64,000 bases of DNA from Candidatus Bathyarchaeota archaeon (GCA_963697165.1 CAVOMX010000024.1:1-64000); one strand, 5' to 3'. Positions 9,507 through 21,840 are shown, counted from the stretch's first letter. Numbers and translations are program-made. The notes: generated from the letters alone by a model not told the origin.

Positions 9507-9800
9507 TTATTTCTGTTTATAATCTTTAGATGCTTTCTTGAAAGCTTTCTGGAAATCCTTGCTGAGATCGAGAACTTTTTTGGTTGCCTCTAGTATAACG
9601 ACTTCCGGTTTTTGTTTTTCTTTTGTGTGAACGTATAATATTCCGCTGTCAATGAGGGGATGTGGCACATGATAACCAGCAACCTCTATGTTGTCATCTT
9701 CCAAAAGAGTCTTCTGTAGCACATTCAGAAGAGAGTGTCCAGCGCCTTCCACTTCAAGCTTTATTTCATTGTCCGAACTTTTCAAAACATTAACTTTCAA
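9507..9800 (-). CDS. rpoL: RNA polymerase subunit Rpo11 (L)
   Basis: EGAGHSLLNVL, AGYHVPHPL. Confidence 0.95.
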   Translation of the reverse strand: MKVNVLKSSDNEIKLEVEGAGHSLLNVLQKTLLEDDNIEVAGYHVPHPLIDSGILYVHTKEKQKPEVVILEATKKVLDLSKDFQKAFKKASKDYKQK

Positions 9801-10389
9801 CTTGTTCTACCTCACGAGTTGTATCTTTTCCGTAATCAGGAGAAATTTTTCGGCTCTCATCGTTTCCGCAGTTGGAGCAGTTCATTCCACGATTTCCCGG
9901 CTGCAACGCATGCCCACATAACGAACAAAGGGCATAGATTACTCCTAAATCGTTATCCGCTGTTGATAAAAAGAATGACCTGTTTTCGGTGCTAATCACC
10001 TTCGCCCTCATGATGTCACCTGCCTTACAGACATTAAACATGTTGTCAACATAGGCATGACTCACCCCAGAGATATGCAGCATGCCCTTGAAAAAGCCGG
10101 AAAGAGTTTTGTCTCCAACTTGAGAAATTGTCAAAACCGCGTTCTTGCTTTTCACATCTGAAACCATTCCGGTGACTATGTTTCCAACCTGTGGAAAGGT
10201 TGCTGTTTTAATGAGGGGATATACTGAAACCTGCTTGTTCAACATGTCAAGTAAGGTGCATCCAGTTATTTTTGAGTGTATAATTCCGCCTTCAACGTAT
10301 GTTCCGGGTCCAGACGTAAACTCTTCTATGACGCCTAAAGGGTCTCCGGGAACAACGAAGAGCCCACTTTTTCTTTCAGATTCTGTCAT
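9790..10389 (-). CDS. csl4: Exosome RNA-binding subunit Csl4
   Basis: VVPGDPLGVIEEF, S1 domain, LGVIYALCSLC...CSNCG...RKIS. Confidence 0.95.
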   Translation of the reverse strand: MTESERKSGLFVVPGDPLGVIEEFTSGPGTYVEGGIIHSKITGCTLLDMLNKQVSVYPLIKTATFPQVGNIVTGMVSDVKSKNAVLTISQVGDKTLSGFFKGMLHISGVSHAYVDNMFNVCKAGDIMRAKVISTENRSFFLSTADNDLGVIYALCSLCGHALQPGNRGMNCSNCGNDESRKISPDYGKDTTREVEQVES

Positions 10390-11009
10390 TAACTTTTTCC
10401 TTCTATCCTATACAAATCAACTTGGATACTTTGTTTTTTCTTCGTATGAAACTTAAACATCTTCGGAATTTCCATTGACGTAGGAAATATGTTAGTTATT
10501 TTTCCTCCGTGCTCCTCAATAAACCTTTTGATAAACTCTCGGTTACTGTCTCCACTTTTGTGAAAAGAATAAATTGTGCTACCTAATTCTAACGATTTGG
10601 TTATGAACCGCCTATCTGCTCTTCTTCTTTGAACCCCAAAGGGAGGATTCTGCAGAATCGTGTCAAAAGTGCCTTCAATAACATCAATGTCGGCTACAAT
10701 CCAATGGGTCTTTTCTTTAACGCCCATTATTTCCGCATTTTTTTGCGCCGTCATCACCGCAGCCCGATCCACATCCACACCGAAAACCTCCGTTGCACCT
10801 AACAAAGCAGCACCAATAGCTAATCTTCCTGTGCCGCAACCTAGCTCCATCACAGTTTTACCGATAACATCATCGTAAACGTATGCTGCTAAGTGAAGTG
10901 TCTCTGCCGCCACATTTGAGGGCGTAGTGTACTGTTCAAGGTAAGCTTTGGGCAGAGGATTGGCTTCAATCTCTGAAAGCGCCCGCTCTAGGTCGCGTTT
11001 CCGAACCAT
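10389..11009 (-). CDS. METTL5-family SAM-dependent methyltransferase
   Basis: LEQYTTP, ELGCGTGRLAIGA, QNPPFG, FHTK. Confidence 0.92.
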   Translation of the reverse strand: MVRKRDLERALSEIEANPLPKAYLEQYTTPSNVAAETLHLAAYVYDDVIGKTVMELGCGTGRLAIGAALLGATEVFGVDVDRAAVMTAQKNAEIMGVKEKTHWIVADIDVIEGTFDTILQNPPFGVQRRRADRRFITKSLELGSTIYSFHKSGDSNREFIKRFIEEHGGKITNIFPTSMEIPKMFKFHTKKKQSIQVDLYRIEGKS

Positions 11010-12004
11010 CCTCTTCTGAGCAGGTCTTCCCATTTCATCTCTCCCAGCATAACAAGTGTTTCATTAATAGACAAAAGAGGTTTCCCAAAATTTGGCGCAT
11101 CATCCAAGGAAAGGCGAGGACAAGCAGTATTCACAAACGCGTCTATTCTCGGAAACTGCATAAGGGCACTGGACGAAACTTCTTTGAGGGCAAGTAATGT
11201 TGCAGTTAGCCCATTGTTGTTCAAGTTTCTCTTTGATGTTCATTGCGTTCCTTTAGTTTCATCTGTCCACTTTTCAAACTTATCAAGACGCCAAAACTTT
11301 TTGCTTCTTTTGCTTCAGATATGTTACCCCAACGTTGCATGATTATCCGCCTAACTTGATCGTGGATAGGATACGCTACTTTGTTCGTAGGGATCAGCAA
11401 TTATCGTGGGCTTTGCCGTAGCTAAAGCTACACCTATGGCGTGAAATCGTCCACCGCCAACAAAAACATATGCCTCAACCTTTTCCGAAACAGATTGGGC
11501 GTTGCTGAAATTACATCCGAGCACCTGTCCAGGATATTTAACGTGTCCAGCATCACCCAAAAAAACGGTTTTTCCGGCAGCCTCAAGCAGGTTTTTTGCT
11601 TCATCTAGTTGGTGGACATGCTGAACTGTTGTGACTAAACCAATTTTGTTCCAAGATTCAAGATAAGTCAAGGCTTTCGTTACGGCTTCTTTGATGCTGA
11701 TTTTTGCCCTTACCTCAACATAAATGGTTGGTACATCAACATTCATGTTAATGGGAGTGTGCCCATAATGAACTAGGAGGTCTGCGCCCAGAAGTTTGGC
11801 TTCAGAAACAGCTATGTCACATGCGCCGTAACATGGATCAGATGAGACAATTGGTAGAGCCCCAGCTTCCTCAACGATTGCGGCTAAGCGAGGAGCCTCC
11901 TGTTTTAATCCTTCCGGAAGCTGCAAGAACACGATTTTAGGCTTTCGTTTCTTTATTTCTTCTTTCAGTCTCTTCTCTTCAAGATCGAAGGCCATTGTTC
12001 TCAT
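10988..12004 (-). CDS. dph2: Diphthamide biosynthesis protein Dph2 (frameshifted)
   Basis: LQLPEGLK, PCYGACD, GQVLGCN, GGGRFH, TACPRL; three Fe-S cysteines. Confidence 0.93.
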
Positions 12005-12110
12005 CTACATTTCAGTGGCAGGAATCAGGAATAGGGTGGCTCCATCAAGCAGGAGCGTTCTGATTCATGATCCATAATTAGAAAAAGGGTTAATCAGGTT
12101 TATTTAGGCT

Positions 12111-14740
12111 TCAGACCGCTGAAGCAAATTTCTTAATCAAGTACTTAGAGTTGCTCTCGGTTATTCCTAATTCCTTAGCTATTTTGACGTGCGTCTTTTT
12201 TGTTTCTGGCAATTACTTCGATTAGTTCAGTCTCTATCTTTTTTACAGACAGCAGAGTTTCAACAACTTTGTCAGGATTGACTCCAATCGAATCCAGATG
12301 TATTGTCAAGAACTTTAGGAAATCTTTTCCCAGATCACTTGGTGCCTGACCGCAGATTCCAACAGTTCTTTCTGGAGTCATGGAATGCGCTCCTTCACAC
12401 AATATTTCGATAGATTTGGTTACGGCAGGATTAGATTCATCGAATTCCCAGGCGATTTTTTCGCTGTCACGGTCTATTCCGAGGGTTAGCTGAGTGAGGT
12501 CGTTACTTCCTATGCTGAAACCATCACAGTATTTAGAGAATATTTTTGGAATAATACAGACGCTTGGAACTTCAGCCATGAAGATGATGGCGGGTAGTTA
12601 TAAGTCCCTTTTTCTTAAAAGCGTTTTTGATTAGTTTGGTTACTTTTTCTGCTTCAATAGTTGTCCTGATGAATGGAACCATTGGAACTGCATTCGTCAA
12701 ACCTAGCTTGTGTACTTCTGTAAAAGCTTCAAGTTCTAGTGCATATGCCTCACAGAAGAACTCGTCAATGTATCTTGAAGCTCCTCTGAATCCAATCATA
12801 GGATTGTTTTCTTGGAACTCAAGTTCGACCTTTTTAACCTCGATTGCTGTTGAATCGCAGATAGGACATTTCTTCAGTGGTTTTAGAGATATGCTTTTGC
12901 CACACTTGCAGTTGATGTCATAATATACTGCTCCAGGAAGAGAGGCATATTCGTTTGTTTTGAAATCGGAGAAACGGACAATAATCTTGCGAGGTTTGAA
13001 TGCCCCAGCGATAATTGATACACTAGTCTTTAACCTTTGAATATACTCGTTAGTTAAAGACGTGATTAACTGGATACTTTTTCTTAACGTCGTCAGCCCA
13101 TCTTTCAGGACCAAGCTGGTCAGCTCTCAAAGCAAATACAGGATGCAATTCTGCGCTTGATACAACGAATTCTATTCGAACAAGAGAACTACCCTGAGAA
13201 GGCAAGTTGACTTACATGCAAAGCCTCATCAGGACTGCCAATATTCACCATGACTTTTGTTACTGGTTTCTGGAATTTCCTTTAGTTCGACCTCTTGTAC
13301 CTCAAAGGGTATTAATCGCCCGCGAATATTCTCGCTTCACCAGTCGAACCCGAACAGTCAAGGGTGATCTTGTCTCCATCGTCTAGATTAAGGGCACCAA
13401 CAGCGCCAACAGCGCATGGAATTCCTCTTTCTCTAGAAACGATTGCAGCATGAGATGTTCGGTTACCTCTTTCACAAATTAGTGCAGAAACTTTTTCGAG
13501 ATTCATAACAACTTCCCAGTCGGGAGTCGTCATTGAGGTAACAAGCATCGGCTTCAGAGCCCTTCTTGTTGAATGCTATAATCTCCTTCACAGCTTCCTC
13601 AGGAGTATCTGCCTTAGCGACAAGTCCTGAAGCAATCTTTGTGCCAACTGGGATACCAATGTAAAGTGGAGCCACTTTTGGTTCTGCTTTAAGCTTGAAC
13701 AGAGTCAAAACTGTTCTGGTGGCGTGAACAGTTTCTGGTCTCGCCTGAGTTATGAAGACTTTACCATTCTCGATGGCGTATTCGACATCCATTGGTTTAT
13801 TGTAACTCTTTTCTATAGCTCGTAACGTGCTTTGCAACCTGAGTCGCTTCATCAAAAGTAAGAACCCGAGGATCACGAACACCAACGGGAATATCACGAT
13901 TCGACTTGGTTTTCTCGTCAAAAACCATCATTTCTTTTTGAGGTTCTTTAGTCGGGATAGTTCCGAGAACTTTGACTTCTGGTTCTTTGATAAAACCGGT
14001 CCAAGAGGCGCTTTCTTTTCCTTGAACTATCATTTCGCCTAAGCCATAAACTGCTTGAATTACGCCCACATTACGGTTACCAGTATTAGGGTCTATGGAA
14101 AAAGCCACTCCAGACTTTTCTGAATCAATCATGGTCTGGATTACGACAGAGATTAGACCCTGATTAAGCAGTTCAGCCTCTGACAGGTCAAGAATTTTTT
14201 TCTTGCGCAAATCTTGTCTGTAATCTATAACTCTCCAGCCAAAAGCAGAAGCAATACACTTCAAGACGTATTTAATAACATTAGAAGAATCTAAGGGGAC
14301 ATTAAGATATGTTTCAAATTGTCCAGCAAAAGCGGCAGTAGCCATGTCCTCAGTAATTCCTGAACTTCTGACAGCAACCCTATTCCGTCCCAACCCGCTC
14401 TTTCATCAGTTCGATTTTTTTCTCTAACAACTCAATGAGGTCGGGTTGTGTCTTTATGTTTTCGATAACAGTTTACTATTTTCTTCGCAATCTTTCTAGA
14501 CTCGTCCTCATCGTCTTTAGCCAATGCAGCATCCAATTCGTTTACTAAGCTTGCAATCTCTGGATCGTGAAGTAGCATCTTAGCGAATTCTGTGGTAACC
14601 ATTACTGCATACGGAACATTATCCTTTCCCAAAATCTGGAACAGTTTAGCTAAATTAGCGCCCTTTCCACCGGTAAATTGTCCATCAGCAGCAATTTCTT
14701 CCTCGATATTAACAATCAAATTGTCAGAAACCAAATTCAA
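12111..14740 (-). CDS. ppsA: Phosphoenolpyruvate synthase / pyruvate,water dikinase (multiple frameshifts)
   Basis: GGKGANL, VAVRSSGITED, AFAGQFETYLNV, QARPETV, TSHAAIVSRE (phospho-His), RFSDFKTNEY, NPMIGFRG, FSIGSNDLTQL, GICGQAPSD. Confidence 0.93.
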
Positions 14741-14849
14741 ACCCCATAATATCCATTAATTGATTCATGAACATAAAACAAAATAGGAGTGCATTCGTTC
14801 TTGCAAGTCCCGCCCTCATGGCTAGACACCTGCAAATTTACTCCCTCAA

Positions 14850-15379
14850 TTACGCCTCAAGTTTCTTGATTACTACATGACAGGGTGTAGGTAATTTGGC
14901 GCCTCCACGTTTTAGCGCCTGAGTTGCAAAGCTCTAGAGCCATCCTCGTTTACGTTAGCCAGTATAAGCGATTGACCAATTTTCACGCGGGCTGCGAGTC
15001 CTATGGCTTTTCCAAAGGCATTTCTCATTCCGTCTTGAAGTCGGTCCGCGTGGGCTCCAAAAATCATTTTGTTTTCTCGTAGCACATGATGAGGAAAAGG
15101 TAAAATCTTCAAATGATAATTGCTTCCCAGTTTTTCTGAGAGAACCCTGTTGGAGGCTATACGTGCAGCTTCCAAGGCGTTGTGTCTAATCTGAACTTCC
15201 TTATCAGCGATTAAGCGGGCTTGATACTTGTAGTTGCCTGATGGGTTGCCCATAGTGAATTTTACTATTTTTGATGCAGGAGATCCACGCATATACTTTT
15301 TCCGTGTATAGGCTTGACCCTTTACCTCCCGATAGTTACGAGCTTTCAATGTATATTCCTCATCTGGTTCTGCCATCAT
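14850..15379 (-). CDS. rpl10e: 50S ribosomal protein uL16 (L10e); frameshift near 3' end
   Basis: QIRHNALEAARI, LRENKM..GAHADRLQDGMRNAFGK; alternate frame ends EALKRGGAKLPTPC. Confidence 0.95.
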
Positions 15380-15628
15380 AATTAAACAGATATTATAAAA
15401 ACTATTCTGTATAGGGAATAGTGATTTGTAAAGAATCAGAAAAAACGGACAATTTCTACGGGATTTCATTTACAGTTAGCAAATAATAGCATTTAAAGTC
15501 CACTGAAGAAAACATATGGCACATATTCTTTGACCACATAAGTCAACACGCGTTGTAAGTATATCAAAGCAGCACTTATGGTCCTTAAAAACAATACCCA
15601 TCTGGCACAGCGTGTTTAGATGCAGAGT

Positions 15629-16460
15629 CTAAAGCTTTCGAAGAAGCTCATTCGTCAAAATCCCAAAGTCCTCTGGCGCCAATTCCCGCACCCTCTTCGA
15701 ACTATAAACTATAGAATCAGCCAATTCCACCGCATCTTCTCTGGACAATTCACGATTGCGTAAGAAGAGAATCAAAGCGTTTCTTACCTTCTTGTTTCGC
15801 TGAGTAAAGAGTGTTCGGACAAGCTCAAAAAAGATTGCTTCATTTTCCACGTGGAAAGGGGGAGCTCTAGGCTTCAGGCGCACAATCAGGGAGTCCACGT
15901 CTGGCGGGGGATAAAACATCGTTCTAGGAACATAATCCAGAAGCTCCACATCAGCCCTGTAATAGATAGTAACGGTTAGCCTCCCGTAATCTTTGGTTCC
16001 GACCGAAGCCGCTAATCTCTCCGCAAATTCCTTCTGGAAAATCAGAACTGCAGAATCAAAATTTCTTTCTAGCAAACGAAATAGAAGCGGAGAAGAAATG
16101 GAGTAGGGAGGAGCAGAAACAACCTTGTTGAAGAAAGGAAGAGAGACCTTGAGAATGTCACCTTCTATCAATTCTACATTCTGTAGGCTCTGAAGTTGTT
16201 TCCTCAAAAAGCTCACAAGCGGGGGGTCAACCTCGACTGCAACGACTTTTTTGCATTTGCTAGAAAGTAGTTGCGTCAGAAAACCAAATCCGGCCCCAAC
16301 TTCTAAAACAACATCGTCCTTAGTTAGAGAAGCATGGGACATTAAACGTTGCATTATATCCAGATTCAACTGTAAAGTTTTGTCCCAAACGTTTCTTTGG
16401 AAAAAAGCCGTAAAGGCGAAGGAGATGCTTCGCCCGCCGAAGAAGATTAATATTTTCCAC
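15629..16460 (-). CDS. rsmA: 16S rRNA adenine dimethyltransferase KsgA/RsmA (5' frameshift)
   Basis: KKRLGQNF upstream in a shifted frame; VLEVGAGFG, PPYSISSP, QKEFAERL, YGRLTV. Confidence 0.93.
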
Positions 16461-17024
16461 TAGGGCGCTCTCGTAAACAGTCTATATTTACTATCGCCAG
16501 CATAGTTCCTCTAAAATTCTTCTTGTAATGAGCTTAGAGGGGTTAGGCATGTTAGCGCGATTCTGTAAATCCTCAAGGTTCTGGAAAGACTTCCTATCTC
16601 TTTCATCAAGAATCTGCCACATGTATTTCTTTCCAATACCTGGAATCAACTCTAACGCATGCATTCGGGGCGTTATTGCTTGTGCTGTGTTGAAGAAGTT
16701 AATGAACCACTTTTCTCGATTAAGCACTATCTTCTCTATTGTTCCAGAAAGTTCCATCTTAGCATTGGATGTTAAATCTTCATAGTTAATACGCCCAATG
16801 ATATAGGTTATTTTTCTCCTAGAATCTTTTCCAACGTACACTCTGTCAGCGGTTTTGAGGGCAATACCTTCTCTAGCGATTGCCTCAAGGAAAGTAAAGT
16901 ATTCTTCGCCCACAACCTGAATCAGTGCCCCCGCTCTGTACCCTGGTCGAGTCCCCAGCCGTCCATGAGGAAGATAATCCAGAACATAAGCGTATTCTTC
17001 GTATCTCTTATCTATCCTTTCCAC
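16460..17024 (-). CDS. DUF655 family putative RNA-binding protein
   Basis: EEYAYVLDYLPHG, FFNTAQAITPRMHALELIPGIGKK; usual neighbour of rpo4. Confidence 0.9.
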
Positions 17025-17085
17025 TCTTTCCCCGTCCCGAAATGGTAACAACTGGTTTAGATATTATATAGAAAGAAAAAGTCCT

Positions 17086-17424
17086 TTATCCCTTTTTTCT
17101 ATAATTGTTCAAAAAAAGCAAAATTTTTTCTAGTTTAGAGGTTTCAATTATCCTTCGACCACCAGCCAAAAACACTCTGATTTCTTGGATGCTTTCAGGC
17201 ATAGCATTTATTATTTGCACAGCCTCTTCTTCTTCAACTTCAAATTCTTCAACAAGTTTGTTCAAAAGAGCACCCACGTGCTCAGGCTCAACTTTAGTGA
17301 ATTTTGTCGCATAATCGAGTGATCGTCTCTGGAACTGGTCCAGTTGTTCTTCACCAATAGTTTCTAAGGCTTCTTTTACTTGGGGAACTGTGATTATACG
17401 TTCCTTTAGAGCCTTTCGTACCAT
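17086..17424 (-). CDS. rpoF: RNA polymerase subunit Rpo4 (F)
   Basis: ITVPQVKEAL...QRRSLDYA...AVQIINAMPES; synteny with eL21. Confidence 0.9.
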   Translation of the reverse strand: MVRKALKERIITVPQVKEALETIGEEQLDQFQRRSLDYATKFTKVEPEHVGALLNKLVEEFEVEEEEAVQIINAMPESIQEIRVFLAGGRRIIETSKLEKILLFLNNYRKKG

Positions 17425-17427
17425 GTT

Positions 17428-17727
17428 CTATGCCTCCTTATGGGGAGTAATGTGTTCTGGGCGAACGATTATTTCTTTAATCGCATTTCCTTGGGACACA
17501 TTAACAACGTAGCTTCGTCCTCTCTTCTCAGCGATAACGCCGATTCTACCATGAAATCGTCTATGAGGCATACCCTTATGCACACTAGGGTTTAGCTTAA
17601 TCACAACCTTTTCAGCAGGTTCATAATTATGCAGCAACTTGCTGAGTCCTGTCTTTCCCCGTTCTCTAGGCTTCCTCTTTAGGATGTAACGGCTTTTTCT
17701 ACGGAAACCTTTCGCTTTTCTTCCCAA
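17428..17727 (-). CDS. rpl21e: 50S ribosomal protein eL21
   Basis: GFRRKSR, PSVHKGMPHRRFHGRIG, VRPEH. Confidence 0.97.
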   Translation of the reverse strand: MGRKAKGFRRKSRYILKRKPRERGKTGLSKLLHNYEPAEKVVIKLNPSVHKGMPHRRFHGRIGVIAEKRGRSYVVNVSQGNAIKEIIVRPEHITPHKEA

Positions 17728-17728
17728 C

Positions 17729-19059
17729 TTAAGATTCCTCCATGATAACCTTCAAAACGTCTAACTCAAGAGGCTTTGCTTCAGCGTTGATAATAGAGGC
17801 TACACTAGGGACTGTCCGCCCTTCATCGCTGCTTACCAACTCTTTAATATAAAGCCCTCCTTGGCAACGTATTTTCATCTCTGCGCGGTTAGGCGCCAAC
17901 CTCTTTATATGCGCCTCATATATGTACCTTTCTCGAATTATGTCCGCTCTTCGATGCAAAACACGTAAGGGCGTTTGCTGATGAATTAGCAGCCTTAGAC
18001 AATTTTTTCGTTACAGCATCCAACTCTTCATCCGAAACAGCTCTATCAAAGTCAATAAAGACTTTGTAAATTTTCGTTGACCCTTCTCCCTTCTTCAATC
18101 GTTTAACATCACCTTTGCCTGCTGAACGAAGATTCAAAGCCTCGACTTTGCCTCGAGCTTGCTCATTGATGATCTCTGTGAGGCTCTGAAGATCTATGAA
18201 TCGTCTTCTAGGTCGTTTGATTTCCATGATGAAGGGTCTTCCCGTTCCCAGCATCCGAGCATCCACATCTTCTCGCCCAGCCGCATGAAAAGCTACATCT
18301 TCTCCCCCAGTTTTCGCTAAAAGAGGCCCTGCAATAATCTCCTCGACCGACTCGGAGTACATCTTTCCGGTTCCATTACATTTAGGACAACCCTCACCCC
18401 TACAACTTCTGCAGGACCACTTTGATTGTGGAATATCACGTACGAGTTTCTTGTATTCCCCCCGGACATAGAGAGGATTAGATTGTAGAATAATCTCTCC
18501 AGTGAAGGGTCTGACAAGCACCACAACATCAGGCTTTTTGTAGTCAGCCAATTTATTTATAGCCACAGCAATCTTTTTTCCGATGTCACGACTAAATTCG
18601 TTCCGCATGCTCTCTCCATAGCCTACCTCAAATCGGGCCTTAAACTCGTCTTCCCTCTCCTCAACTACGGTCGGCAATTCTACACCAACAAGAAAGGTAG
18701 TATACTCGTAGGCTTCAAGTGCATCCAAAGCGTTTTGCACCAGCACATCCACGCTTTTGAAGAGTCCTTGACAGAGGAAACATTCATTCTTTTTTCTAGA
18801 CCGCTTTCTCATTTTCTTAAGTATCTCAGCTGGCCATCTCGAAAGACCCGTTCGAAGCCAAAATCCTGAGATTTGAGAACCCTGCTTTCTTGCCAGAAAG
18901 CGCTAACTGATGATTTTTCATGGTCAGGAGCAGCTTCAGAGTTTCGCCTCGTTTTTGATCATCTAAGCCATAGCCAAGGAGAGCAAACTGTCTTCCTAAA
19001 CAGTGGTCACATAGAGGATGCGTTTCAAGCATTTCTTGCGCCTTTTTAAGTAGTTCCAC
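17729..19059 (-). CDS. pus10: tRNA pseudouridine 54/55 synthase Pus10 (frameshifted)
   Basis: LCDHCLGRQFA, FHAAGREDVDARMLGTGRPF, CQGGLYIKELVS. Confidence 0.95.
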
Positions 19060-19114
19060 GAAAATTCCTCATTCTTTAGTGATAAAGTTCAATATCTGAT
19101 TCTAGATTTTTTTC

Positions 19115-20440
19115 TCAGGCGGTGGGAAGACCTTTTCCGAAGAAGGGCATCCGCTTTCTTCTAAAGGTTTTCATCATTTTTTTCATATTATTATACTGTG
19201 TTAACAGTTCCTTCACTTCTTTTTCTGTGGTGCCTGATCCTCGGGCAACTCGGTGGATTCTGGATGATGAAAGAATCTTGGGTTTCTCCCTTTCTTTTGG
19301 CGTCATAGACTGGATTATCACTCGCCATCTTTTGAGAGCATCCTCAGCTAGGTTCATCTTGTCGTCAGGAACGTTGTAGCTCATTCCCGGAATCATCTTC
19401 AAGAGGTGCTTTAAGGGTCCCATTTTTTTCATAGATTCAAACTGTTCATACATGTCTGTGAGAGTGAATTTTCCGCTCATAAATGCGCGAACTTTTTTCT
19501 CGGGCACCTTCACTTCTGCATCACGAACTTTGTCAACGAGACTCTGAAGGTCCCCCATGCCCAACAATCTGCCTACAAATCTGGATGGAACAAAGGGTTC
19601 GATGTCGCCAAGTTTCTCACCGGAACTGATGAACTTTATAGGCGCTCCGATGGCAGCCACCGCAGAGAGGGCGCCTCCTCCCCTAGCAGAGCCATCAAGT
19701 TTTGACACCAAAATAGAGCCGATTGGCGTGGCTTCGTGAAGCGCTTTAGCCTGTATAGCTGCTTGTTGACCAATGGTTCCGTCGATGACCAAAATCGTTT
19801 CGTCGGGCCTAATTACTTTCTCTAGTCGCTTCATCTCATCAATCAAGCCCTTCTCTTCTTTGTGGCGACCAGCGGTGTCAATGATGACAAGGTCATAATC
19901 CTTGAATTGCTTCAAGCCCCTCAAAGCAATCTTTTCTGACTTCTTTTCTTTTGGTTCACCATACACGGGAATGTTTGCTCTGCTTGCCAGCTGATTCAGT
20001 TGCTCGTAGGCTCCAGGTCTGTAAGTGTCAGTGCAAACTAGGGCTGTTTTTAGACCTCTTTTTTGGAAGTATTTTGCCAATTTTCCAGATGCGGTGGTCT
20101 TTCCTGAACCTTGGATTCCCACAAGCATCAGAACCTTCCTTTTTCCGGGTTCTATCTTCAGTGAAGCCGATTTTTCGCCCAGAAAACGCGTTAACTCCTC
20201 ATAAACCACTTTCACTATGTGTTCTCTTCTAGAAACGCCTGGAGGGACCTTCTCTTTTAGTGCCCGTTCCTCGATTCTTTTAGAAACTTCGAGAACCAGT
20301 TTGACATTAACGTCGGCTTGGAGTAGTGCCCGTTGGATGTCACGGACAAGTTCTTTTACTGTTTTCTCGTCCATGACTGGTGCTTTGAAAACCTTCTTTA
20401 GGGCATCGTTTAGTGAGGAGCCGAGACGATCCAGAACCAT
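19115..20440 (-). CDS. srp54: Signal recognition particle protein SRP54
   Basis: [29 protein letters not shown] domain RVARGSG. Confidence 0.98.
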   Translation of the reverse strand: MVLDRLGSSLNDALKKVFKAPVMDEKTVKELVRDIQRALLQADVNVKLVLEVSKRIEERALKEKVPPGVSRREHIVKVVYEELTRFLGEKSASLKIEPGKRKVLMLVGIQGSGKTTASGKLAKYFQKRGLKTALVCTDTYRPGAYEQLNQLASRANIPVYGEPKEKKSEKIALRGLKQFKDYDLVIIDTAGRHKEEKGLIDEMKRLEKVIRPDETILVIDGTIGQQAAIQAKALHEATPIGSILVSKLDGSARGGGALSAVAAIGAPIKFISSGEKLGDIEPFVPSRFVGRLLGMGDLQSLVDKVRDAEVKVPEKKVRAFMSGKFTLTDMYEQFESMKKMGPLKHLLKMIPGMSYNVPDDKMNLAEDALKRWRVIIQSMTPKEREKPKILSSSRIHRVARGSGTTEKEVKELLTQYNNMKKMMKTFRRKRMPFFGKGLPTA

Positions 20441-20545
20441 GATTTTCTCCCACTTAAAAAATAGAGTCGCCTTTTATAGGTATTTAGCTTTGTAGCATAA
20501 TTCTTTTCTCTTAGTTAAAGATATCTAACTGAAGGGGAACAATCG

Positions 20546-21291
20546 TTGTCAGAATCAGTTAAAATTGTGGAGAAGAAACCCATACCCTCAGAGGCCACGA
20601 TGATTATTGGACTTCCGGATGTGGGACTTGTAGGCCTCATAGCAACATCCTACATTATATCTGAACTTAACTTGGAAGAGATAGCATACATGGATTCAGA
20701 CCTGCTTCCTCCCGTCGTCGTATTACACAAGGGACTACCCCATGCGCCTCTCCGAATCTACGGAAACCAAAACCTGATCGCTGTGATTTCAGAACTGGCG
20801 GTTCCAGCGCCAGTCTATATACACGATAATGCGGGAAATTGTGGACTGGGGACAAGCCAAGAAAGTCAAAAGAATAGTGTCCATGGGAGGAATTCCAATA
20901 GAAAATAGGCAGTCAATTAATGAACCTGAAGTTTTTGTCGCCGCGTCCAACCAAGAACTGCTTGATACAGTAAACAAAAATGGGTTGAAAACACTAAATG
21001 AAGGCTATATAGCTGGGCCCCAAGCTCTTAGCATGAGATACAGCGTCAGTAAGAAGATGCAGGCAATAGCAATCTTAGCCCAATCATTCTACAATTATCC
21101 TGACCCACAGGCGGCTGCTATGGCGTTGAAGGAGCTTTCAAAGGTTTCCGACATCAAACTTGACGTATCCAAACTTCTTGAGAAAGGGGAAGAAATCCGA
21201 TTGAAGGCCAGGGATATGATGAAGCGCACTCAGACAGGAAATGAATCGTATGCAGAAGTCGCAGGAGTATGATCTCCCATTATACATTTAG
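20546..21291 (+). CDS. PAC2-family proteasome assembly chaperone (Pba-like; frameshifted)
   Basis: GLPDVGLVGLIA, YPDPQAAA; corrected frame ends ...QEYDLPLYI*. Confidence 0.85.
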
Positions 21292-21297
21292 GAGAAA

Positions 21298-21747
21298 GTG
21301 TCTATGTCAGATAAAAGAAAAAAACTTTCAAATTTGGATACCCTCGAGGAATATCTAGAAGAGCTTAAGACATTGACAGACAAGCTTATGGGCTTCGCCT
21401 CTCCTGAAGGCCCCAGCTGGAATACGGAAACTTGCTGTCTCCACGCGCTCTCAAACGTTTTCATAACGCCCAGAGAAGTTATTGTCACAGCGGACCTTCC
21501 AAACATTGACCCTGAAACCGTGAAGGTTGAGGCAATTGATGAAAACATCATAGAGATTACAGCTAAAATGAAGAAAAAAGTGCGGTTCGCCGATTTAGGA
21601 ATCTATCATAGGCAGGGAGAGTTCTCGTTCCTACGTTGTCAAGGTAGAATACATGTGGCTATTGATGCAGAAAAAATGAAAATCTCCTGCGAAGAAGGCA
21701 TCCTAGAGATACGATTTCCAATAAAAAATATACATGAAATCGAATAA
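21298..21747 (+). CDS. Hsp20/alpha-crystallin family protein
   Basis: VTADLPNID, EGILEIRFP. Confidence 0.8.
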   Translation: MSMSDKRKKLSNLDTLEEYLEELKTLTDKLMGFASPEGPSWNTETCCLHALSNVFITPREVIVTADLPNIDPETVKVEAIDENIIEITAKMKKKVRFADLGIYHRQGEFSFLRCQGRIHVAIDAEKMKISCEEGILEIRFPIKNIHEIE

Positions 21748-21840
21748 CCAGCTGAAGCCTCAGCCAAGTTTTTAGTTTCTTCCCAAATCCGGTGGCTACT
21801 TATTGGCCTTCGGCATCGTCTAAAAAATCTAGTTTAATTG

